Virus record (IMG/VR): IMGVR_UViG_3300042473_000065
Location: 1-26,318 of that record
Source of the DNA: a virus
Lineage: Duplodnaviria; Caudoviricetes
DNA length: 26,318 nucleotides
Strand: one strand, 5' to 3'
This document shows, one piece after another, positions 8,701 to 16,358 of the stretch. Each line of letters opens with the position of its first letter. The stretch's first letter is position 1. The notes under the pieces are model-generated. The model had not been told where the DNA came from, did not search any database, and saw nothing but the letters and a program-made list of their open reading frames with translations. Made by a program: the position numbers and the translations under genes.

Positions 8701-11700
8701 GCTTGGTGTAAAGGGTGGAGCAAAGAAATTCTTTGCACAAGCAACATCAGGTATTGCTGCAAAAATGACTCCAGCACAATATGATGCTGCGATTAAAGAA
8801 GAAATTAATAGATCTATTCCAAGACTAGAAAAAGTTCTTAAGTCTTTTAATTTGGATCCAGCAGAGCAAATTGTATATGGAGATATGCTAAAAAGACTTA
8901 AGGCTGGAGCAACCACAGATTGGTCTAAACTTCATCCAATGCATACAAAAGCAGGAGATGGGGTTGTAAAGGCAATAGAGGGAATTGACCCTGATGCTCC
9001 AAAATCTTTATTAGAAAAACAACTTGCAAAATATAATGTTCCTGCAGGAGAACAAGCCTCTAGACTAGTCAATGATCTCAAGGCTTCTGCACAAAGTGAG
9101 TTTGCAAGTAAGTTAGGAACACTTGATCCACAAAGAAGAGCAATTGTTGAAGCAGCATGGTCTGGTGGCAAGGCAGTAGTTCCTCCATCAGGGAAAGAAC
9201 AATCTTTTAATACTCCAAGACAGACAGCCTTCTTAGATGAAATATCAAAAATGGTTCCAGTAAAAGTTGGGGATGAAATAAAATACGTTCATAAAGATGA
9301 CTACGAAAAGTTTAAGTCAGATCCTGACGGAAGAGCAAGATACGCAAGATCATCTCAGCAAGTTATAGACAATATGCTTTATAGAATGGGAGTAACAAAA
9401 AGAGGAGACTCTTTTGTTGCTGGTGGAGGATTTACTGGAAGATTTGCTGGAGTAGATCACTTTAAAACAGATCTAAAGTCTACTGGAAAAACTGCTGGAG
9501 GAGGAAGCGCAACACTTTCTCCAATTGTAAGATCTATTGCTGATGCACAAAAAGCAGAATTTAATGCAAGAGTTGGAGATCCCCTTAAAACTAAAACAGG
9601 AAAGGCTATGCTTGCTGCTGGCTTTACTCCAGATAAGGTTAGATACTTCTTAAGACCAGAACTGTCTCATATTGTTCCTACAGAATCTCTAGGTATTGGT
9701 GGTAGAGAAGGAGCCCTAAAGATGAAGACTGGAACTGCCCAGTACGATTCCCGCCTCCTAAATACATTTATGCTTGCAAAGAAAAGAAGTTCTAATATAC
9801 TTGATTGGAATGGCCCTAAAAATCCTTTACGTTTAACAGATGCACAAACACAAGAGTATAAAAAAGCAGCAGATTTTATGGCAAGAGGGCTGCATCCATC
9901 AACAAAAGAAGAAAGAGCATTAGTTGCAAAAGCAGCAGAATTAGATCAAAGAGTCTTTAAGTTTAAAAAAGACGGAGGATCAGTATCAGCAAAACTTCTT
10001 CCTAAAGACATTAGACTATCTCAAGCACTAAGTACCGTTCTTGGTGACAAAGCGTTTGTGCCAAGCAAAATTATGAATCTTGCTGCAACTGATCCAAGCC
10101 AAGTATTGGTAAAGCCTGGAGAGTATAAATTAGATAAAAATACTGGAACACTAACAAAACTAACAACAGCAAATACTGGACCAAAGCCCCCAGGAACAGT
10201 TCCAAGCACTAATAAGCAATCAGACAGAAGACTTTCATCTGAAGGTCCAGGGCAAACAACTCTTACAAAAACTCAAGCAGCAAGAATTGCTACAGCCAGA
10301 GGGCTTCGAGTTATTCCTGGAAGAGATAAGGGAGACCCAGGATTAAGAAACCCTACAGTAAAGCAAGGCCAATTAGCAACAGAATTACGTGCTAAAGGAT
10401 TTAATCAATCTGAAATTGATAGAACTCTTAGAAGGTTTGCAGAAAGAGAATTAAAGGCTAAGCAAGCAACAGCAATTGCTGCTGAGAAAGCAGCAAGAAC
10501 CGAAGCAGCAAGACAAAAAGAGCAGGCAGGAATACAAAAACGACAAACAGAAGCAGCAAGAAAAGCATTTGTAGAAAATGAACGTAGAGCACAACTTAAT
10601 GCTGCCCAAGCAAGAACTTATGATGCTGCAGTAAAAGAAGATCAGCAAAGAACTATAAAGGCTCAGAAGCAAACACAAAGAGAACAGGCTAAACAAACTA
10701 GAGTTGGTCGTGCAGAAAAAGTAGGAAGAATGTCTGGCGGAGCATCCATGGCTCTTGGTACTGCTGGCATGGGCTTAATGATGGCTGGCCAGCAAACTGC
10801 GGGTATGGCAGCAATGGGTGCATCTGCAGTTGCAGGTATGGCTCCGATGCTTGCTGGAATGGGTCCACTTGGTATAGCCTTAACTGCAATAACAGCAGTA
10901 GGTGGCGGATTATTCTTATTAGATCAAGCATCAAAGAAAGCAGCCCAAGCCCAGTCTAAAATGGTTGATCAAACATTTGCAACAACAGAAAAAATGAAGG
11001 GTATTGGGGCTCTTACTGGCAAAGTTGGAGCAAGTGAAATTTATGATAGAAAGAGAAAAGCAAACGCATCTGATAGATATACAACTGGATTTGATAGAGG
11101 TAAAGAGCAGTTTGGCGCTACGTTCTTAGAAAATGAAGTGGGCAAAGATGTCATGGATGGTTTTACCAAGAGCCTAGCATCTGGATCAGACACAGCAGCA
11201 AAACAGATGGCTATACAACTTGCTGGATATGTTTCAGACGGAATTATGAGTGCAGAGCAAGCACATAGCGTTGCAAGCCAAATTGGAATTAACCTAAACA
11301 ATACAAGCCTTACATCTCAAATTAGTGGACAACTTCTAGATCTTATTGGTCCAGGCGGGGAAGACTTACTTAAAGATCCACTTCAGGTAAGGATGAACTT
11401 AGTACAAGAGCAAAGAGGTCTTACTACACAGGCTACAGGATTGCTTGAAAAAGAAATGGCAAATCCAACTGACGAGTGGACAGACTGGACTTTAAATGAT
11501 AATGCAAAGGCTTTGGCAGCATCTACAGCAGCAATGGGTGTACAAAATTTAGAATTTAGCAAAGCGCAACAAGACTCTCTTAATGCTCAGTATGACAAAG
11601 ACCTAAAAATACTTGAAACAAGAAAAGCAGCAACTACAGACGCAGCAAAACTAAAAGTAATAGATGGTGAAATATTAGCATTATCTGATAAGAGAGCAGA

Positions 11701-14700
11701 AGGACTAGCGACTTTAAGAAAAACCAATGAAGACATAATGAAAGATCAATTGGCTGCTTTTAAGGTTGCTCAAGGTAAAAGCGATGTAGAAGACGCATTT
11801 CTTGAATCACTAAAAGAACAGGTAAAACTAAAGGCTGAGGCAGATGGGCAAGGAGCCTTTGCCAACACATTCTTACAAACTTCTGCAGATCTAGATAGCA
11901 AAGAACTAGAAGTTAAAATAAATACTATTGTTGCATCTGGATCAATGCCTACCGCAACAGCAACATCATTGTTAGAAATGTTTGGCGATGATGAAGCAGG
12001 ACTTGAGAAGTTCCTTGACGTAACTACAAAAATGCAAGACCCAGGCAAAGTTACTCAGTTGATCAACTCTCTTGGTGGATTTAAGGGAGGAAAATCTAAA
12101 GCAGTTGTAAAAACAATTATGGCTAAGATTGCAAATGGAGATCCAGAAGAAGCAGACAAACTAGTTTCAACAATCTCCCTTATGGAAAAAATGGATGGTA
12201 AAGAAATTAATCTTGAGGCATTCTTTGAACAAGAAGATGCTATGGATAAACTTAAAAAACTTCAAGGAGAACTTGAAGTAGTTGAAAATATGCCAACACC
12301 AGTTACAAAAGAGGTAATATCTAAACTAGATACTGACGGAGACGGTACAGTAGAAAATATGGATAGTCTTCTTGCTGTATGGGATCAATGGGGAAATCTT
12401 CCAGATGAAGTAAAGAAAACTGTTATTCAAGAATACATTACAGTTAAGAAAACAATAGGACAAGGCGACATTGATGCTTTTACTAAAGCGAAGGTTGCAG
12501 CAGCAGGTGGAGCAGGAACTGTTGCAGACTATTGGGCCTCTCCTGCTGGGCAACAGGCTGCTATTGATGAGATCGCAGCAACTCGAGCAATGCAATCAGT
12601 TAAGCAAAATCAGTTATCAAAAAATGGTGGACCAGTTAAAAACAAAGAAACGGGTGGTAAAAAAGAAGACCCATATGAGTCCCTTTTACAAAGATTAAAG
12701 AATGTTAGAAATGCTGCAATAAATGCAGCAGGAGGAATTAAAGAACTAAACAAGGCACTTGCTGCAGGAAACAATAAATCTGTTAAAAATAAGTTTGAGG
12801 GTGTAGAGCAGCAACTAAATAAGAAGAAATTTAATGCTCAGTTCATAGACTTTGTAATGGGACAAGATCCAGAAGAACAAAAGAAATACCTTACCACAGC
12901 AGGACCTAAAATTAAAAAGGGTAAGAATAAAGGCAAAATTGTAGACCCATATAATAAAAAGAAGTTCTTAAAAGAAGGAACAAAAGAGGGAGATGTTGTT
13001 GTATCTGAACTTGGAAAAACCTATAATAAGTATTTTGATGCAGCAGTAGTTGGAGAGTTTAATGTTGGTGCACAAAAGTCTCTAGACTTATTGAACAAGC
13101 AGGATGTCGTAAGACGTAAATTGCTTGCTGCTGGATATGACGCTGCCTCTATAGAAAATATTTTGCAAGACGAGTATACTACGTCAGCCATCGCTGCTGG
13201 GACAATAACTCAGGAAGAACTAAGGATAAATGCTCAGTTAACTAGACAATTAACTAACAGAGAAAAAATTAATAGCATGATTTCTAAAGGAACAGCAGCA
13301 ATTCAACAACAAAAGGACAGAGAAAGAGTTCCAGATGTTGCAAAATTCTTAAAGAGTCAGGGTGTTTCAAATGATTCATTAAGATCTATTATTGGAGACC
13401 CAGATCAACTATCAGAAGCCATCGCTGCAATGGATGAGTATGAATCAGGTGCAGCAGGTGCAGCAAAAGCATTAGAAGAAATTGTTGCTGGTCTTAAGGC
13501 TATCCAGGCAAACTCAGATATTAAGGTTGCAATTGAATTTGCAACAAGCACGGTTGCAAGTCAGATTCAGCAGGGCTATGAGTCAGCAAAGAAAATCATG
13601 GACTCAAAGAGAACTATATATAATAATTTAAGTTTAGAAAAATTAGGTAGTGCAACTTCAGCATATGTAGGCAAAGACAAACCAGATCAGCAAGTTGGTT
13701 CTATTGCAAAAGCAACTGTAGACAAAAGATATGCAGATACAAAAACTGTAATACCAACTGTTGGCGCTAACCAAACTATAAAAAGTATTCAGGCAGATAG
13801 GGCAACAAAGGCTAAGTCAATAAGTCTTTCATCTGGAAACCTTCAGGCTGCTCAAAATGCTCGTGCAGCAGTAGAAAGCCAAATTTCAAATGCTGAAAAT
13901 TCTTTACAAGAGGCAGAGGCAAGAGCAAATGAAGGTGTTGATAACGCAATTAAGGCAGTTCAAAATGTAATCAAGGGTTATCAAAATCAGATTAAGGCAA
14001 TAGAAAAAACTATAAAAGGTAAAGAAGATGAGATAAAGAAACAGTATACAGACAAAATAGAAGTCCTTAATAAAGAAAATCAAGTGTATAGCAATGACCT
14101 TGCAATAATGGACAAGGCTGCAGAAGACATTAATGAAAAATATGACAAACAAGTTGAGGCATTGCAAAAGGTAAATGAGTTAAATCAGCAAATCGTTGAA
14201 TCTCAAGGACAGCAATTAGATCTAGCAGATGCACTCACATCTGGAGACATTGCAGCAGCAGCAAGGGCTGCCCAGGCAATGAGAGCAAGTTCTGCTGCAG
14301 CCCAAGGCGATTCTATGATGCAGGGTCTTGAAAATTCCAGAACAAACGAACTTGATTCTCAAAAGGGTCCAGAAAGTGGAAAGACAAGAAAACAGATTTC
14401 AGAAAGACAATTTGCTATAAGCCAAGAAATTTATGCACTAGAAACAGATCCCAAGAGATTAGAAATAGAAAAAGCAATAGTAGACCTAAGAGAAAGTATT
14501 ATCCCAATACAAGAAGACATTATTGCAAAAGAAGAAGAAATTAATGGACTTGAAGAAGGAAGAGCAGCGGTAGTAGCAAAGGCAGTAGAGTCTCAGAAAG
14601 CAGCAGTTGAAGCATTAAAGGCTTCTTTGGTACCACTTGATGCTGCAGTGGCATCGCATCAGGGCATTCTGGACGCATTAGAAAAAGATGATGCTTTGCT

Positions 14701-15733
14701 GGAAGCCCAAGAGGGATATTTGACGGCAATCGCAGAAGAGGCTGTTGCAATTGACGATACCACTGGTATGACTCTTGATAAATGGGAAGAAACAGTTGAC
14801 AAGGTTATGTCAATTGAAGAGATGGCAATAGAGTATGCAAAGGCAACTGAGGCAGCAGCCAAAGCCGTTGATGCAGCAAATACATCATGGGGCCAGATTT
14901 TAGACAAGATTAATGCAATTCCTAAGAGTGTAGAAACAGAGCACTTAGTTAAAGAAATTAGAACTGTAACTACAGTATTTGACAACACTGCATCCGATGC
15001 AGCAGCAGCAGCGGCAGCAGCAAAAACAGCAGCAGCAAATGCAGCAAGCAAGACTGCTCAAGAAAACGCAGCAAAGATCGCAGCAGCATTAAGAAAACTA
15101 AACTCTGGACAAAAACTTACTCCAGAAGAAAGAGCATTGCTTGCAATGGGCGCAGATGCAAATTCTGATGAAGCAGATGCACAAGCAAAAGCAATTGCTG
15201 ACAAGAAAGCAGCAGATGCAAAGGCTGCAGCAGAAGCAAAGGCTGCAGCAGAGGCTGCAGCCAAAGCAGCAATGTACGATCCAAATGACCCATCTCATAA
15301 GGGGTCAAAAGAACAAGGACTGGCACTTTATCCATGGATAAGAACTCTAGGCGCAGCAGCAGATGCAACCCTTAGAGGTTACGGATATTGGGCAAAGGGT
15401 GGAATAGTTGCTCCAGGAAGGACTGCTCGTGGTGTTGGGGCACGTAAGTTTGCTGCTAGAAATCTTGCAAGAGGCACTGACACAGTTCCAGGAATGTTAA
15501 CCCCAGGAGAATTTGTAATGAGCAAGTATGCAGTCGACACCCATGGTATAAATACTATGACGGCAATGAATAATGGAAAATCAGTAGGCGGAGCAGTGTA
15601 TAATAATACATATACATTAACAGTTAATGCAAAAACAGATGCTAATCCAAATGAAATTGCACAAGCAGTCATGTCAACAATTAGACAGGTTGATGATAGA
15701 AGAATTAAAGGGGTGTCACTAAATGCCAGATAA
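5744..15733 (+). CDS. Tape measure protein (3329 aa) with an internal cargo region containing a kinase-like domain
   Basis: TTG start with SD GAGGTG. TP901-type TMP core at about 6340-7150 ('AVENQT..SIEDLT.AIPKAAPVVKQLGGSVEDLAFFLTAMKEGGINASEGANALKSGL'). Ala/Gly-rich hydrophobic segments, a long coiled-coil region, and a C-terminal 'AKGG...DTVPGMLTPGEFV...NNTYTLTVNA' TMP tail. Confidence 0.95.
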   Translation: MADVNSNININFNTAAALAQLRSLQAGLSKFHQTLAEGNLAAANAQKGLNAQLLQSIGATGKFSASQVKVAGSTLAFTSALEKNKLSLREYYRYTMAAATANTRVMGKAFAQEREIINRARRDRVKSLQSQYIQMNKANSGFMDAIRVMPKSLQMAGGKFTELGTRIQYAAQRQQFLNQLLKQGSTQLLNFGKNTQWAGRQLMVGLTMPLALFGSAAAKAFKELDAEIVKFRRVYGDAFTNDAEVEAAVQNIRRLGTEYTKYGVAVKDTMNMAATAAAAGFTGSGLTAQVETATKLAVLGQVEQQQALETTISLQSAFGISSEELAKKIDFLNAVENQTLLSIEDLTIAIPKAAPVVKQLGGSVEDLAFFLTAMKEGGINASEGANALKSGLASLINPSDKAAKFMGDLGINIKGLVEANKGDIKGTVVGFARALDELDPLNRARAIEQMFGKFQFARLSTLFQNVTKEGSQASRAFDLAGASVEELAIISEREMKKIEESTGVKFQAALENLKQEIMPLGKAFLEALTPVVKFFGNLLEKFNGLGDNTKKVIAIIVAAVAGLGPVLLMTFGLLMNGVANVIKFFAMLRGGIAKLNGQTNVMGAGFNYMTQEQIENAASSQQLHQTHTRLIEVFNVEKASVSALAASYNSLSTQMRSMASQNPALFAGGMGGAKRAVSKLPPTKKYKEGIISVPGPKGAGDVVPAMLSPGEAVIPTETTDKYRGLITAMFQDKVPGFMAGRLPGGPGRGIPLSAGPAAVRDAQQAKYRRRDDARQGYNEPHPEKKSGPTFIGMPKSAAETSQSRQILDKISSQVLAGRFGSVPPTNFGTMLQSFSGRSFPARGVGGVYRKPNGQIVVVKPTIDDKTALAEVRATQIAREVHGLVAPKQTIKTMIDPTDPTGQRKFIVIESPYDPRIAKMDGKFSKSDMVKQLVASTLRGDKDLQQPNLSGNVLADVGTAGVFDRASGFRDFSKAMPSMEQQAVINLLGVKGGAKKFFAQATSGIAAKMTPAQYDAAIKEEINRSIPRLEKVLKSFNLDPAEQIVYGDMLKRLKAGATTDWSKLHPMHTKAGDGVVKAIEGIDPDAPKSLLEKQLAKYNVPAGEQASRLVNDLKASAQSEFASKLGTLDPQRRAIVEAAWSGGKAVVPPSGKEQSFNTPRQTAFLDEISKMVPVKVGDEIKYVHKDDYEKFKSDPDGRARYARSSQQVIDNMLYRMGVTKRGDSFVAGGGFTGRFAGVDHFKTDLKSTGKTAGGGSATLSPIVRSIADAQKAEFNARVGDPLKTKTGKAMLAAGFTPDKVRYFLRPELSHIVPTESLGIGGREGALKMKTGTAQYDSRLLNTFMLAKKRSSNILDWNGPKNPLRLTDAQTQEYKKAADFMARGLHPSTKEERALVAKAAELDQRVFKFKKDGGSVSAKLLPKDIRLSQALSTVLGDKAFVPSKIMNLAATDPSQVLVKPGEYKLDKNTGTLTKLTTANTGPKPPGTVPSTNKQSDRRLSSEGPGQTTLTKTQAARIATARGLRVIPGRDKGDPGLRNPTVKQGQLATELRAKGFNQSEIDRTLRRFAERELKAKQATAIAAEKAARTEAARQKEQAGIQKRQTEAARKAFVENERRAQLNAAQARTYDAAVKEDQQRTIKAQKQTQREQAKQTRVGRAEKVGRMSGGASMALGTAGMGLMMAGQQTAGMAAMGASAVAGMAPMLAGMGPLGIALTAITAVGGGLFLLDQASKKAAQAQSKMVDQTFATTEKMKGIGALTGKVGASEIYDRKRKANASDRYTTGFDRGKEQFGATFLENEVGKDVMDGFTKSLASGSDTAAKQMAIQLAGYVSDGIMSAEQAHSVASQIGINLNNTSLTSQISGQLLDLIGPGGEDLLKDPLQVRMNLVQEQRGLTTQATGLLEKEMANPTDEWTDWTLNDNAKALAASTAAMGVQNLEFSKAQQDSLNAQYDKDLKILETRKAATTDAAKLKVIDGEILALSDKRAEGLATLRKTNEDIMKDQLAAFKVAQGKSDVEDAFLESLKEQVKLKAEADGQGAFANTFLQTSADLDSKELEVKINTIVASGSMPTATATSLLEMFGDDEAGLEKFLDVTTKMQDPGKVTQLINSLGGFKGGKSKAVVKTIMAKIANGDPEEADKLVSTISLMEKMDGKEINLEAFFEQEDAMDKLKKLQGELEVVENMPTPVTKEVISKLDTDGDGTVENMDSLLAVWDQWGNLPDEVKKTVIQEYITVKKTIGQGDIDAFTKAKVAAAGGAGTVADYWASPAGQQAAIDEIAATRAMQSVKQNQLSKNGGPVKNKETGGKKEDPYESLLQRLKNVRNAAINAAGGIKELNKALAAGNNKSVKNKFEGVEQQLNKKKFNAQFIDFVMGQDPEEQKKYLTTAGPKIKKGKNKGKIVDPYNKKKFLKEGTKEGDVVVSELGKTYNKYFDAAVVGEFNVGAQKSLDLLNKQDVVRRKLLAAGYDAASIENILQDEYTTSAIAAGTITQEELRINAQLTRQLTNREKINSMISKGTAAIQQQKDRERVPDVAKFLKSQGVSNDSLRSIIGDPDQLSEAIAAMDEYESGAAGAAKALEEIVAGLKAIQANSDIKVAIEFATSTVASQIQQGYESAKKIMDSKRTIYNNLSLEKLGSATSAYVGKDKPDQQVGSIAKATVDKRYADTKTVIPTVGANQTIKSIQADRATKAKSISLSSGNLQAAQNARAAVESQISNAENSLQEAEARANEGVDNAIKAVQNVIKGYQNQIKAIEKTIKGKEDEIKKQYTDKIEVLNKENQVYSNDLAIMDKAAEDINEKYDKQVEALQKVNELNQQIVESQGQQLDLADALTSGDIAAAARAAQAMRASSAAAQGDSMMQGLENSRTNELDSQKGPESGKTRKQISERQFAISQEIYALETDPKRLEIEKAIVDLRESIIPIQEDIIAKEEEINGLEEGRAAVVAKAVESQKAAVEALKASLVPLDAAVASHQGILDALEKDDALLEAQEGYLTAIAEEAVAIDDTTGMTLDKWEETVDKVMSIEEMAIEYAKATEAAAKAVDAANTSWGQILDKINAIPKSVETEHLVKEIRTVTTVFDNTASDAAAAAAAAKTAAANAASKTAQENAAKIAAALRKLNSGQKLTPEERALLAMGADANSDEADAQAKAIADKKAADAKAAAEAKAAAEAAAKAAMYDPNDPSHKGSKEQGLALYPWIRTLGAAADATLRGYGYWAKGGIVAPGRTARGVGARKFAARNLARGTDTVPGMLTPGEFVMSKYAVDTHGINTMTAMNNGKSVGGAVYNNTYTLTVNAKTDANPNEIAQAVMSTIRQVDDRRIKGVSLNAR
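8270..8945 (+). other. Protein-kinase-like domain (HipA/CtkA/PI3K-PI4K-like) embedded in the TMP
   Basis: Ordered motifs: Gly loop GVGGVY (8270), VVVK (K at 8318), alphaC-like E (8351), catalytic-loop-like GDKDLQQPN (D at 8567, N at 8582) and DFG-equivalent DVG (8606). Confidence 0.7.
15218..15252 (+). repeat. 18-bp-period tandem repeat (GCAAAGGCTGCAGCAGA x2) encoding (AKAAAE)2 in an Ala/Lys-rich TMP stretch
   Basis: Copies at 15218-15234 and 15236-15252, within a GCA-rich region at about 14990-15270. Confidence 0.8.
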
Positions 15734-16358
15734 CACATTAGATCCTGTAGCCTATATTCAAGGACGAAAAAAATATCATAGGCCTAGCGGAATGCTATGG
15801 TCTGAAAACTCTGGTACTTTGCTAAATGGTTTGTATATTCCTCAAGGATACGAAGTCGGAGCAGATGTAGAAGGCGTAGACCCAAAACTTTTAAACCAGT
15901 TTTTATTAATTACTGATGATAATAGAGCACCACTTAATTTTTCAGAAGAAAGAATTGAAAGACGAGAGAGAATGATTAATGGACGTATGAGGTCCTATCA
16001 TATTGCAGACAAGATTAGCCTAAGCACAAACTGGAATTTTATTCCTTCTAGATCTCATGACGACCTACCATCATTTAGCACAACTACTGGTCTATCTCCT
16101 AACAAGTCATATACTACCGATGGCGGTGCTGGTGGAGCAGATATGCTTGAGTGGTATAACTCTCACAAAGGATCTTTTTGGGTATTCTTGACTTACGACA
16201 ACAAGGGTGCTTTTAAATCAACAGCAGAACCTTATGATCACTTGGCACAGTACAATCAGGTAGTAGAAATGTTTATTAGTGATTTTTCATACTCTGTTGA
16301 AAAAAGAGGAACCAAGTTTGATTTTTGGAACGTCTCAGTAAGTTTGGAAGAAGTATAG
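15723..16358 (+). CDS. Putative distal tail (Dit-like) minor tail protein
   Basis: First gene after the TMP, overlapping it by 11 nt. Pattern 'ERRERMINGRMRSY..ADK...S.NW' and C-terminal 'FWNVSVSLEEV'. Confidence 0.65.
   Translation: MPDNTLDPVAYIQGRKKYHRPSGMLWSENSGTLLNGLYIPQGYEVGADVEGVDPKLLNQFLLITDDNRAPLNFSEERIERRERMINGRMRSYHIADKISLSTNWNFIPSRSHDDLPSFSTTTGLSPNKSYTTDGGAGGADMLEWYNSHKGSFWVFLTYDNKGAFKSTAEPYDHLAQYNQVVEMFISDFSYSVEKRGTKFDFWNVSVSLEEV

Noticed and set aside
7793-10333. Intein or intron as the explanation for the TMP insert
   Set aside because: I found no C/S-start and HN-C/S/T splice junction motifs or LAGLIDADG motifs, and the frame is uninterrupted.
15596-15604. GTGTATAAT inside the TMP 3' end as an internal promoter for tail tip genes
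   Set aside because: It encodes VYN in an Asn-rich C-terminal motif and lacks TGn spacing. It cannot be distinguished from coding constraint without TSS data.
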